A DNA stretch of 45,747 nt from Kiritimatiellia bacterium (GTDB lineage Bacteria; Verrucomicrobiota; Kiritimatiellia; UBA8416; JAIOPI01), in contig JBLHHU010000002.1 in assembly GCA_047615735.1 (NCBI GenBank), positions 1 to 45,747 of the forward strand, given 5' to 3'. The first letter of the stretch is position 1, and every line of letters starts with the position of its first letter. Both the position numbers and the translations under genes were made by a program. Under the pieces are notes generated by a model, which was given only the letters and a program-made list of their open reading frames with translations, was not told the DNA's origin and made no database searches. Positions 29,920 to 39,458 of the stretch are shown here, in pieces.

Positions 29920-30123
29920 TCAGCGATCATGTCGATTGTGCCTCACCCGATAGGAGCTCATGAATCGATCATAAATGAACTTGATCCAAAAAAAGACACA
30001 TGTAAATACGACAAAAAACTTGAGCAGCAACAATAGAAACGGATCAAGCGGCAACCACATTCCGTGGTCGAATTCGGCCGTTTCGCCATATTGGGCAAGC
30101 GTATTAAACAGTGTCAATATCAT
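29920..30123 (-). CDS. Small hydrophobic hypothetical protein (one predicted TM helix)
   Basis: 67 aa from ATG 30123 with GAGG upstream. The ORF-track start at 30138 is a GTG. TM segment LLLLLKFFVVFTCVFFWIKFI, same strand as ppiC. Coding status unproven. Confidence 0.4.
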   Translation of the reverse strand: MILTLFNTLAQYGETAEFDHGMWLPLDPFLLLLLKFFVVFTCVFFWIKFIYDRFMSSYRVRHNRHDR

Positions 30124-30153
30124 TGCAGACGACCTCACTAAGGATTTTCACAC

Positions 30154-30172
30154 TTCAGATCAATGATCTGAA
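30154..30172. promoter_or_regulatory. Perfect 9-1-9 palindrome (candidate operator)
   Basis: TTCAGATCA-A-TGATCTGAA lies 31 nt upstream of the small ORF/ppiC unit. On the minus strand it overlaps a possible TTCAGA-N17-(TGt)GAAAAT promoter. Confidence 0.35.
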
Positions 30173-30248
30173 CTCTAATTTGAAACAGAAACGCGGACGC
30201 ATCTCAAGCTAAAGTGGCTGCCGATCTCCCAGACGCAGGCCAATGGAC

Positions 30249-30297
30249 ACAAAAACGCGCTGGAAGACGCGGCGTTGCCGGACCTGTCTTCCAGCGC
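30249..30297 (-). terminator. Rho-independent terminator of the beta-oxidation operon
   Basis: On the minus strand: GCGCTGGAAGAC-(17-nt loop)-GTCTTCCAGCGC, a perfect 12-bp stem followed by GTTTTTGT. It lies 50 nt after the acyl-CoA dehydrogenase stop. Confidence 0.85.
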
Positions 30298-30346
30298 GAA
30301 AGGTCATGCAAGGGGAGGCAAACCATGCACAACCGGGAAAACGCGA

Positions 30347-32320
30347 CTAGGATTCTGCGTGCCTATTCTTCGCCACATCAGATGCAGAGGCGTCGTCGCC
30401 GGGTGCACGGATCGTTCCCCCGGGCCATTCCGCCACAATACCGTCTTCAATCCAGGTGTAGCGCTTTTCCAACACATCCCGAGCCAGACGATATCGCCGA
30501 CGATCATCATTGCAGCGCAGCCCTCTGAACGCGGTATCGATACGCCCGATCGCATCACGGCACACTTGCTCAACAAGCGGCATCAACGAGTCGGCGTCAC
30601 CATCTGTTTGTAGTAAATGTTGCGCACGCGAACACACCGCGCTAATCACGAAAAGCTCGGTACCGACATCAACGAGTCGGCCCAGCAACATTTGCTCACG
30701 TTCGAGTGACGCCCCGTGCTTTGCCATCGAATGAAACAACGTACGCGCCAGCCGACGCGAGCAGCGCATCGAATAGCGCACATATGGCCGCAGCCGGCGG
30801 TCCAGTTCAGCCGGCACGCGTCCGCCGACAGGCATAAGCTGCTTCGGATACCAACGCGCGTAAAATCCGATGGCCCGCACAGCAGCCTTGAGGCGATCCT
30901 TGACTGGCAATTGCGAATTCATCACCGCGCCGCCCACACGCAAATGTGGGTCCAACGCTTCGCGTGCGATAAAGAGCCGCATGATCTCGCTCGATCCCTC
31001 GAAGAGCGTGTTGATTCGGCAGTCACGCATGAAGCGCTCAACGCCGATCGGTGTTTCACCCCGCTCGCGTAACGATCGTTCGCACTCGTAGCCTCGCCCT
31101 CCTCGAATCTGCATCGTTTCATCGACGATTCGCCACGCGGCTTCCGTCCCCCACAACTTACACATCGCGGCTTCCACACGAATGTCGCTTTCCTTGCGAT
31201 CGACCAGAGCTGACGTCAGCAGCGTCATGGACTCCATGGCAAACGTATCGGCCGCCATTTGAGCGATCTTGTCTGCAATCGCTGAATGGTGACCGATAGG
31301 CGACCCCCATTGTTCGCGATTGTTGGACCACGAACGAACAATCTCCAAGCAGCGCTTGGAGAGTCCGATGCAGGCCGAGGGTAGGGTCAGGCGCCCCGTG
31401 TTCAGCGTCGTGAGCGCGACTTTGAGGCCCTTACCCTCAGCCAAAATGATATTCTCTCGTGGAACACGCACGTTCGTGAATCGAATAACGCCGTTGTATA
31501 GGGCTCGCAGTCCCATAAAACGACATCTGTGCGTGACCTCAACGCCCTTGGCGTTGGACTCAACAATAAAGGCCGTGACCCCGCCACGCGGACACGTGTC
31601 CGATGGTGGCGTGCGGGCCATGACGACCATAAGTCCGGCTCGGGTGCCATTGGTACACCAGAGCTTTTCGCCATTCAGAATGAAGGCGGATCCATCGTCA
31701 ACCGGTTCAGCAACCGTTTTCATTTTGGCGGGATCGGAACCCACCGATCGCTCCGTTAGTGCAAATGCAGAAATTTCGCCAGCAGCAACGCGCGGTAAAA
31801 AACGCGCCTTTTGCTCGGGCGTTCCGAACACCATCAACGGCTGTGGGACACCGATCGATTGATGCGCCGACAAGAGCGCCGTTAGATTGCCACAATGACT
31901 GCCGAGCAGGACGGCTGCGCGACTGTAGTTCGTCTGCGAAAGTCCCAAACCGCCATACTGACGTGGAATCTTTATGCCAAACGCACCCAATTTTGCTAAG
32001 CCCTCAAAAACCGCATCCGGAATTTCACCGTCATTATCAATCGCCTCCGGATCCGTATGGTCACGCAGATAACGCTCCAACTGCGTGAGGAAACGGTCGC
32101 CCTCCAGCCGATCTTCAAGCGATTGTTCAGGAAAGGGATAAACCAAACGCCAGGGAATCTTTCCCATAAACAACGCACCAGCAAAGGTTGGGTACTGCCA
32201 GACCGCGTCTCGTGACGATTCTGTCAGTTCAACGGCGGCGCGTTTTCCTGCCGACATCTTCGAGGTGTCGATGGTCATATTGTCAGCGCTGGAATTCTCG
32301 TTTTCTTTTGACTGTTTCAC
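30347..32320 (-). CDS. Acyl-CoA dehydrogenase, long form with C-terminal helical extension (VLCAD/ACAD9-like architecture)
   Basis: 657 aa. GTG start after GGAGG. ACAD blocks LGAFGIKIPRQYGGLGL, ISAFALTERSVGSDPA and IRGGRGYE, plus about 180 extra C-terminal residues. Confidence 0.88.
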   Translation of the reverse strand: MKQSKENENSSADNMTIDTSKMSAGKRAAVELTESSRDAVWQYPTFAGALFMGKIPWRLVYPFPEQSLEDRLEGDRFLTQLERYLRDHTDPEAIDNDGEIPDAVFEGLAKLGAFGIKIPRQYGGLGLSQTNYSRAAVLLGSHCGNLTALLSAHQSIGVPQPLMVFGTPEQKARFLPRVAAGEISAFALTERSVGSDPAKMKTVAEPVDDGSAFILNGEKLWCTNGTRAGLMVVMARTPPSDTCPRGGVTAFIVESNAKGVEVTHRCRFMGLRALYNGVIRFTNVRVPRENIILAEGKGLKVALTTLNTGRLTLPSACIGLSKRCLEIVRSWSNNREQWGSPIGHHSAIADKIAQMAADTFAMESMTLLTSALVDRKESDIRVEAAMCKLWGTEAAWRIVDETMQIRGGRGYECERSLRERGETPIGVERFMRDCRINTLFEGSSEIMRLFIAREALDPHLRVGGAVMNSQLPVKDRLKAAVRAIGFYARWYPKQLMPVGGRVPAELDRRLRPYVRYSMRCSRRLARTLFHSMAKHGASLEREQMLLGRLVDVGTELFVISAVCSRAQHLLQTDGDADSLMPLVEQVCRDAIGRIDTAFRGLRCNDDRRRYRLARDVLEKRYTWIEDGIVAEWPGGTIRAPGDDASASDVAKNRHAES

Positions 32321-32356
32321 CTTATCCTCCTTGCGGCATTTGCCGCGTTCATATTC

Positions 32357-34471
32357 TCAGATCCTTACTTTTGATTCACCGTAAAAGCAGTCTCCCCTTT
32401 TCGCCATTTCACTCAATCGTTGGCAAGGTTCGAAACGGACGCCTTCCTCAGAAGCAAGGCGCTGCAGGGTTTCAACGACCGTATTTACCCCGAGCATGTC
32501 TGCGTACTGAAGAGGCCCACCCCGAAAGGGAGCGAACCCCGTGCCCATGATCATCGCGAAATCCACATCGGAGGCGTCCCTGACCACGGATTCCTCAAGG
32601 CACATAGCGGCTTCATTGCTCATTGTCAGAGCGAGGCGGTCTGACAATGAGCACACACACTCACTTGAACGCCCCTCGGACGTGCTTTCCGGTTCAATGT
32701 CATGGCGAGCAACGGCCTGCTTCCCTTTTTCGTAGCGGTAGAATCCGCAACCGGTTTTGACGCCGAGATCGCCAACGTCAACAAGATGTTCAAGGATTCG
32801 GGGTATTTCCAGTCGCCCGCCCAACCCTTCGGCGAGCGTTCGGGCCACATGCAAAGCAACATCGGTGCCGACTTCATCCAGGAGCCGTAGAGGCCCCATT
32901 GGCATTCCGAAATGCAGCATGGCGTTGTCAATGTCCTCAATGTGAACGCCCATATCGAACAATCTGCCCGCCTCCACCAGGTAAGGCATCAATATCCGAT
33001 TCACAAGAAAACCGGGACGGTCTTGCACGACAACAGGGAATTTACCTATCCGTTGTACGAACGTTAACGCAGCCTGCAGAACCTCTGGTGAGGTAAGCTC
33101 GCCTTGCACGATTTCGACCAGAGGCATCTGAAGAACAGGGTTAAAAAAATGTAAGCCGATGACGCGTTCGGGATGCGGCACTTCGCGAGCGAGGGCAGAC
33201 ACCGACAAGGCAGACGTGTTCGTCGCGAGAATGGTGCGCTCTCCTACATGGCTCGCCAAAGCTTTGAAGATGGCTATTTTGATGTCCATTCGCTCGACGG
33301 CGGCCTCAATGACAAGGTCGGCGCGTGACAATGCTGCATCTGTGGTGGTCGGCAGCACACGATCCATACCCTCGCGTGCGCTGACACGGTCGAAGACATG
33401 CCGCTTAACGCCCTTCTTGTAGAGCCCGGAGATCGTGCGCATTCCCTGGCGAAGCGGTTCCGTGTCGAGATCCTTCAAGACAACGGGAAATCCCTTTGCG
33501 CTCAAGAACTGGGCGATACCAGCCCCCATGACGCCGGCGCCTATAACAGCGCACTGTGTGGGACCAGCTGCGTATCCGTTAAGGTTCACACCAGGAATGG
33601 ACTTCTTTTTGGCAGCTTCCTGCATAAAGAAGACGCGCATCAAATTCCGGCAGACGTCGGACTCCGCAAGCGCCAGGACGGCGGCTTCCTCGTTGCGTAA
33701 TGAATCGTCGATACTGCCCCGAGACCCACGTACCAGAACATCCAACGCGGCCTCTGGCGCAGGATAGTGGCCGTAGGTTTTGGCACGCAATTGTGCCTCA
33801 GCGCGCCGGCGCACGAATGCCGCCGTTAACACGTTGTTAAGGAACGGATGGCCATGCGAGGCAGGCTTACCCTTGTCCACATAGCCCTTCGCGACAGCCT
33901 CCACTTGCTCCATGGGCGCAAGCGCATCTACCATCCCAAGTGATTTTGCGCGCTTGGCCGAGAAGGTTTTGCCTTCGAGAATGACACCCGCCGCCTTGGG
34001 TAGGCCAATCAGCCTCGGTAAGCGCGTTGTACCGCCCCAGGCGGGCAGAATACCAAGCTGCGTTTCTGGCAGACCAATTCGTGTTGCCTTGTCTGTCGAG
34101 GCGATACGGTAATCACATGCCAGGCACAGCTCGTATCCCCCGCCGAGACAAGCGCCGTGTATGGCCGCAACGGTGACGGCCTTGAGGGCGGCGATTCGAG
34201 AAAAGACGCTTTGCCCCAATACGATCATCCCGCGCAGTTCATCGGAAGCCATTTCAGCGATTTGGTGTACATCAGCACCTGCAATGAAGATCTTCGATTT
34301 ACGACTAACAAAGACAACACCGCGGTATTCCGCGCGATCAATCTCGTCAACGATACGGCTCAAGGCTTCAAGTGTATCTTGATCAAAAATATTAGCGGAC
34401 GATTTGGTTCGATCAAAAACCACATGACAGACCGCCTCGTCCTGACATTCGAGTTTCACACCTACACTCAT
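32357..34471 (-). CDS. fadB: Multifunctional fatty-acid oxidation protein (enoyl-CoA hydratase / 3-hydroxyacyl-CoA dehydrogenase)
   Basis: 704 aa. Crotonase block AAIHGACLGGGYELCLACD and NAD loop VIGAGVMGAGIAQ. The start overlaps the fadA stop (ATGA). Confidence 0.92.
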   Translation of the reverse strand: MSVGVKLECQDEAVCHVVFDRTKSSANIFDQDTLEALSRIVDEIDRAEYRGVVFVSRKSKIFIAGADVHQIAEMASDELRGMIVLGQSVFSRIAALKAVTVAAIHGACLGGGYELCLACDYRIASTDKATRIGLPETQLGILPAWGGTTRLPRLIGLPKAAGVILEGKTFSAKRAKSLGMVDALAPMEQVEAVAKGYVDKGKPASHGHPFLNNVLTAAFVRRRAEAQLRAKTYGHYPAPEAALDVLVRGSRGSIDDSLRNEEAAVLALAESDVCRNLMRVFFMQEAAKKKSIPGVNLNGYAAGPTQCAVIGAGVMGAGIAQFLSAKGFPVVLKDLDTEPLRQGMRTISGLYKKGVKRHVFDRVSAREGMDRVLPTTTDAALSRADLVIEAAVERMDIKIAIFKALASHVGERTILATNTSALSVSALAREVPHPERVIGLHFFNPVLQMPLVEIVQGELTSPEVLQAALTFVQRIGKFPVVVQDRPGFLVNRILMPYLVEAGRLFDMGVHIEDIDNAMLHFGMPMGPLRLLDEVGTDVALHVARTLAEGLGGRLEIPRILEHLVDVGDLGVKTGCGFYRYEKGKQAVARHDIEPESTSEGRSSECVCSLSDRLALTMSNEAAMCLEESVVRDASDVDFAMIMGTGFAPFRGGPLQYADMLGVNTVVETLQRLASEEGVRFEPCQRLSEMAKRGDCFYGESKVRI

Positions 34472-35763
34472 GACGTCACCTCACTTTCGAGCCAAAGTGC
34501 ACCACCCTGACCACCTCCAACGCAAAGCGTCACCAATGCGCGCCGGGCAGAGCGCCGCTTCATCTCCAAGAGCGTCGACAAGACCAAACGAGCTCCAGTA
34601 GCGCCTACCGGATGGCCTAAAGAAATCGCACCCCCATTGACATTGAGACGCTCCGTAGGAATATCGCCGAGCGCCGTTTCACGCCGAAGAACGTCGCGAG
34701 CGTATGTCCCAGATTGTGCCAGCTTAACGACGGCGAGAACTTGCGCGGCGAAGGCTTCGTTGATTTCGATCAAATCGGCATCGCCGAGAGAAAGTCCACA
34801 ACGCCGTTCCGCTTCGGCGATGGCAAAGAGCGGCCCCAGCCCCATTCGTCGAGGATCACATCCCGCATACGCGTATTCTTTAAGCGCGCCCATAGGGGTT
34901 AGCCCCAGCGACGCGGCGCGTTTTGCGCTCATGACAAGCAAAGCCACGGCGCCGTCCGTCACTTGCGAGGCGTTTCCTGCTGTTACCGTGCCATGCTTTC
35001 GGTCGAAAACCGGGCGAAGCTTATTCAGAGCGTCTAGTGTTTGGCCCTCGCGCGGCCCATTGTCCTCGGAAACCACCTGCTGGAAATCTGGCGACACAAA
35101 AACCGGGCAGATCTCTTCCGCCAAGCGTTCCCGTGCGGCGCAAGCGCGTTCATGTGAGAGCAACGCGAACGCGTCCTGCATCTCACGCGTTATTCCGTTT
35201 TCTCGCGCCAACAACTCCGCCGTTTCACCCATCCCCATACCCACGACGGGATCCGTCAACCCAAGCATCAATCCGATTCGGGGCTTGAAATCGCTTGGGC
35301 GAAATGCGCCAAGTGCCGACAGACGCGCGAGGACTGTCTTCGCTTTGTTCAACTTGGCAAACTTTGCGACCGCATGCCTTGAATAGATAAAGGGGTACTG
35401 GGACATGCTTTCCGCCCCGCCGACGATGAATATATCCCCGCGACCCGCGCGCATCTTTTCGTAGGCGATGGTCAGCGCCTCGAAACCTGAAGCACAGTTT
35501 CGACTGACCGTGATGGCGGGTACGCTTTCGGGAATTCCGGCACGCAGGGCTATGACACGCGCAACGTTTGCCGCATCGACAGGTTGTCCAACACAGCCAA
35601 AGATCACTTCGTCGATCGTTTCAGGGTCAATTCCTGTACGTGCCAGCAGATTAGAAACAGCGATTCGACCCAATTCATCAGCACTTAAGCCGGCGAAAAG
35701 CGTTCCGAGACGCGCAAAGGGGGTGCGTACACCGTCCACGATTACGAGTTGGTCGCCTTTCAT
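34468..35763 (-). CDS. fadA: 3-ketoacyl-CoA thiolase (acetyl-CoA C-acyltransferase)
   Basis: 431 aa. Active-site Cys block VSRNCASGFEAL, NVNGGAISLGHPVGATGARL and CVGGGQGGAL. The ATGA overlap with the upstream ligase gene places AAGGAGG inside that gene's end. Confidence 0.93.
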   Translation of the reverse strand: MKGDQLVIVDGVRTPFARLGTLFAGLSADELGRIAVSNLLARTGIDPETIDEVIFGCVGQPVDAANVARVIALRAGIPESVPAITVSRNCASGFEALTIAYEKMRAGRGDIFIVGGAESMSQYPFIYSRHAVAKFAKLNKAKTVLARLSALGAFRPSDFKPRIGLMLGLTDPVVGMGMGETAELLARENGITREMQDAFALLSHERACAARERLAEEICPVFVSPDFQQVVSEDNGPREGQTLDALNKLRPVFDRKHGTVTAGNASQVTDGAVALLVMSAKRAASLGLTPMGALKEYAYAGCDPRRMGLGPLFAIAEAERRCGLSLGDADLIEINEAFAAQVLAVVKLAQSGTYARDVLRRETALGDIPTERLNVNGGAISLGHPVGATGARLVLSTLLEMKRRSARRALVTLCVGGGQGGALWLESEVTS

Positions 35764-37388
35764 AATACCTCCTTCTTGCGCGTGTCCCTCGTCGGTGCGG
35801 GGGGCCTGACACGACCGATCGTCCGCCGAGTTCGTGATCGCGTTCGAGCCGAAGCCTCTGATCGCGCCGTCGCCGTAGGCGCAACGACTCGGCTCTGTTT
35901 GTTTTGCGCCGCAGGTCGATTGTCGATGACTCGTTTTTCCTTCATTTCGCTCCCCACGCCTTGCAGGCGGCGCATCTCAGCACTTGAGTGAAACAGAACC
36001 TCGTTTGGTGAAAGCTCGGTATGCGCGGCGACATGCCGCTTCAGCTGTCCCGAGAACGTTTCCGCATCGCGCTGATCGTTGGCTTGCACGTGCAGAATGA
36101 CCTCATCCAAATCGAGCGGGTCGTTGTTAACCTTGCGCAGTTCAATCTGCCAGCACCCGACGTCGGGCATGTCGTCCAAAAGATGCTCGAGCGCATTAAA
36201 GTCGACCAGGGTGCCTTTCAGCTTATCGAGCTGCATATGACGGAACTCGGACTTTCGTGAAATCTTTCCCACGAGTCTTGGTGTCCTGCGCCCGCAATAG
36301 GGACAGGGTTCGTGAACCAGTCCACCGTCAATGACGTCGCCTGTGCGATAGCGTACAACGACGCTCCCGCGTGAATCCAACGGGGTAAAGACAATCTCAC
36401 CGGGTTCACCATCCTTGCGAAGTTCGCCGGTAACGGGGTCTACGATTTCGACCACACCCAGATCAGGATAGATGTGGTACCCACCCGGCGTACGACCGTA
36501 CGGACTAGGACATTCGCCCCACGCCATTTTGGCTTCCGTGAACCCGTAGGTTGCCACAACGTATGGATCCTGCGCCCCAAGTTTCGTAGCCAGTTGCAAC
36601 AGTTTGCGACGCATTCCCGCGGGAACCTTTTCTCCGCCGAGCGCGATGGTGCGCAAGGACTCAAATCGACATCCCTGTTCCAGAGCCAGCGAAAGGACAT
36701 GGTAAATAAACGTTGGCATCCCGATAATTGCGTTCGGCTTAATGCGGTCAATGAGTCGGATATTTCCCTCCGTGCCCATGACCTTGCCGCCGCCTGTACT
36801 CACATTGAAGGCTCCAAATTCGAGACAGGCGTAATGCGTCTGCCAAAAAGCGAGATGTGGCGCGTATGGGAACATATTGACCACACGGAAATCCGTGCTT
36901 GCCCCCAGAACTTCAACCAACCGGTTGCCCGCACTGGACAGATTGTCGATATCATGTTGCGTGTATAGAAACGGAACAGGCTCCGTCGAACGTCCCGTTG
37001 TACTCGTCAGGAACACAGGCCGGAACTCACGCTCTAACGCCTTCTGCGTCGCGACACGCCCACGCAGTATGCCGTTTGCCAGGACGCTGGGTTCGCGACG
37101 CAAACGTGCTTTATCTGGAATGAGCACGAAATCGCGAGCGCGTTGCGGGCTGTCTTCCGTTGGCAGCAGATCGTGTTTGGAAATCATGGGAATGTGCTGC
37201 AGATCCTCAAGGCACTTCAGGTGCTCAGGATTGAGATGTTCCCGCTTGAAACGTTCCCTGAAAAAAGACGAATATGGAACGACGCGCGTCACCAGGTAGC
37301 GTCGCAACTGTTCGGCCTGCAACCGTCGCAATTCCTGCCGTGACATGTGATCCCAGCGTACTTTTAGACTTTTTTTTGCTGTCCTCAC
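35760..37388 (-). CDS. PaaK/F390-synthetase-type adenylate-forming acyl-CoA ligase family protein with a basic low-complexity tail
   Basis: Adenylation motifs TSTTGRSTEP, ATYGFTEA and YRTGD. The N-terminal QLRRYL...FFRERF...DLQHIPMISKHDL is typical of the PaaK family. GTG 37388 lies 7 nt after AAGGAG; the ORF-track TTG at 37394 is too close to the SD. The last ~60 aa are Arg/Thr/Ala-rich. Confidence 0.8.
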   Translation of the reverse strand: MRTAKKSLKVRWDHMSRQELRRLQAEQLRRYLVTRVVPYSSFFRERFKREHLNPEHLKCLEDLQHIPMISKHDLLPTEDSPQRARDFVLIPDKARLRREPSVLANGILRGRVATQKALEREFRPVFLTSTTGRSTEPVPFLYTQHDIDNLSSAGNRLVEVLGASTDFRVVNMFPYAPHLAFWQTHYACLEFGAFNVSTGGGKVMGTEGNIRLIDRIKPNAIIGMPTFIYHVLSLALEQGCRFESLRTIALGGEKVPAGMRRKLLQLATKLGAQDPYVVATYGFTEAKMAWGECPSPYGRTPGGYHIYPDLGVVEIVDPVTGELRKDGEPGEIVFTPLDSRGSVVVRYRTGDVIDGGLVHEPCPYCGRRTPRLVGKISRKSEFRHMQLDKLKGTLVDFNALEHLLDDMPDVGCWQIELRKVNNDPLDLDEVILHVQANDQRDAETFSGQLKRHVAAHTELSPNEVLFHSSAEMRRLQGVGSEMKEKRVIDNRPAAQNKQSRVVAPTATARSEASARTRSRTRRTIGRVRPPAPTRDTRKKEVL

Positions 37389-37405
37389 GTTCAAACTCCT
37401 TTCGA

Positions 37406-39388
37406 TTAAGCTGCGCTTTCTTTGATTCTCTCTAATTGACGTTCCGCAGCTCTGCGCCCAAGGGCGATATATTTTTCAGGATGAACAAAGTCGTGCCAGC
37501 GCCCGTCACAAGATGTCGGCCGCAGGACGACGTCGGCATGACGGCAGGCCGATTCGGCCAAACGCGTTTCCATCCCGTGCATGCTCTTTACCCACACATC
37601 GAGAATGTTGCCCTGGGAGAAATAGTTCGCGTAGTGATTCAAACACGACCCGAAATGCGTGCGCCGCTTGGACTGACGATGTTCATTTTGGATCAGGCGG
37701 AACGTTTTAATCTGTGCGGGCGTCGGTATCGTATTGACCGCGATCACATGTTCAACATGACGTTCCTGCAGCACGTCCACCGGAATGGGCTCCGCGACAC
37801 CGCCATCAACAAGTGTGCGCCCATTGCGCGTTACAGGGACAACAACACCGGGCATGGCCATACTCGCATGGACGGCGGAAGCAACATCCCCACTCGAAAT
37901 GACCACGCGCTCCAGTGTATCCAGATCTGTCGTCACGACGCGTAACTGCCGCTTTAGATCCGCGAATTGGGCATCGCCCATTTCGCGGTTGATGATCCGA
38001 GGAATGATTCCGCCCTTGATGAATCCACGACGCGGCGGAAATACGGGATCAAAAAGGCGCATCATGCCCGAAAGCGACTTGTTGCGCATGGCGACGTCTT
38101 GCATCTCCTGCCCGGAAAGACCATATGCCCAAAGTGCGCCAATCAAGGCACCAATACTTGTCCCCGCAACCATGTCGACTTCAATGCCTTGTTCCTCAAG
38201 CACTTGGATGACGCCAATATGGGCGAGCCCTTTCGCCCCACCGGCTGACAGAGCGAGCCCAATCCTGCAACGACCAATTTCTCGCGCGAGATAGCGTAGT
38301 TGACGAAAAACACGTTCCTGCCCATGAATGTGCGTCATATCCGCGCTCCCGCTAATATGATCCTGGAGATTGTGAATGAACTCGTGTACGCGGACGCCTA
38401 ATCGCTTCTCCAAAGAAGCAAACGAATCCGCACGCTGATGCTCAGACAGGCAAATCACGGGACGTAGAGTCGTGTGTTTGCTCCCACGATGTTGTCCGAC
38501 CAGACGAACCAGCAGATTACATCGGTACAAGTCTTCGGGCGTCTGTGACATCAAGACATAGGGAAGATCGGACTGAACAAGGGCCTCGGCCACGACGGCG
38601 CTCTCTATAACCGCATCAACGTAAATCACCACGAAACGCGCGTGTCGACTCACATAGCCGAGAAGCGGGGCCAAATTGGGGGCATCGGAGCCGTCTGGGC
38701 GAACACCGAGGTCCAGTCGCCAGACGCCGCTGGCCTCCTTTTCGACCATCCGACCGTCAAATTCGGCCACGTCGGATCCCGACTTGAACGACTGCCAATG
38801 CGACAACTGCAACGACGTTTGCTTGGATGCCTTCAAGTGCACGTACAAGACAGAGCGCCCAGTATCCTGACGTATGATGGTCGCAATTCTATGGGTCAGC
38901 ACCTCCGCCTGTGGCTGCCCTGCAAGGCCCGCAAAAACGGCGATTCGTCCTTGATCATTGGGTTCATGCGCACGCGTCATTGCGCGAAGCTCAGAAAACA
39001 TTTGCCGTTCGAGGGCCGTGCGCAACTGCGGATTCCGCAGGACCTGCTTTTGCAATTCGTCCACGGGGACGTCAAGAATCTCGCAATCGGAGAGTACTGT
39101 AACGGTGAACCAAAATCGCTCTTGGCCGAGAAGGACGCGTTCGCCGAATGTGTCCCCCTGAACGAGCGTGCGTTTTCCCCCTTGAGATCCGTCCGGCAAT
39201 TGCGCCCGAGCTTCACAGCGCCCTGAAATCACAACAAACACGGAGGTGCAGCGATCGCCTTCGCGAACGATAACGTCGCCTTTATGGTATAGCGATTCGT
39301 GCCCGTCCGTTTTCAGACGCGTCAGCGCCCGATTCGACAGGCATGAAAGGATCGGATGATGCCCCAATATATCTGCGTACGTTTTCAC
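37406..39388 (-). CDS. Cyclic-nucleotide-binding domain / patatin-like phospholipase fusion protein (NTE-like)
   Basis: 660 aa. GTG start 6 nt after AAGGAG. N-terminal cNMP-binding beta-roll (...GDVIVREGD...GDTFGERVLL). Patatin domain with oxyanion GLALSAGGAKGLAHIG, nucleophile GTSIGA (GxSxG) and catalytic VDGGV (DGG). Confidence 0.88.
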   Translation of the reverse strand: MKTYADILGHHPILSCLSNRALTRLKTDGHESLYHKGDVIVREGDRCTSVFVVISGRCEARAQLPDGSQGGKRTLVQGDTFGERVLLGQERFWFTVTVLSDCEILDVPVDELQKQVLRNPQLRTALERQMFSELRAMTRAHEPNDQGRIAVFAGLAGQPQAEVLTHRIATIIRQDTGRSVLYVHLKASKQTSLQLSHWQSFKSGSDVAEFDGRMVEKEASGVWRLDLGVRPDGSDAPNLAPLLGYVSRHARFVVIYVDAVIESAVVAEALVQSDLPYVLMSQTPEDLYRCNLLVRLVGQHRGSKHTTLRPVICLSEHQRADSFASLEKRLGVRVHEFIHNLQDHISGSADMTHIHGQERVFRQLRYLAREIGRCRIGLALSAGGAKGLAHIGVIQVLEEQGIEVDMVAGTSIGALIGALWAYGLSGQEMQDVAMRNKSLSGMMRLFDPVFPPRRGFIKGGIIPRIINREMGDAQFADLKRQLRVVTTDLDTLERVVISSGDVASAVHASMAMPGVVVPVTRNGRTLVDGGVAEPIPVDVLQERHVEHVIAVNTIPTPAQIKTFRLIQNEHRQSKRRTHFGSCLNHYANYFSQGNILDVWVKSMHGMETRLAESACRHADVVLRPTSCDGRWHDFVHPEKYIALGRRAAERQLERIKESAA

Positions 39389-39458
39389 CGTACTCTCCTT
39401 GGTGCAACCTGAACAGATTCATCATCGTGTTCGCGGCACCCGTGTTCTATTAAAACAC

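Noticed and set aside
37370-37377. Homopolymers: T8 (A8 on the coding strand) near the 5' end of the ligase gene, and A8 at 9772-9779 in proA, as possible phase-variation tracts
   Set aside because: They encode Lys-Lys in frame within essential-type metabolic genes. Eight nt is short for slipped-strand switching, and there is no supporting evidence.
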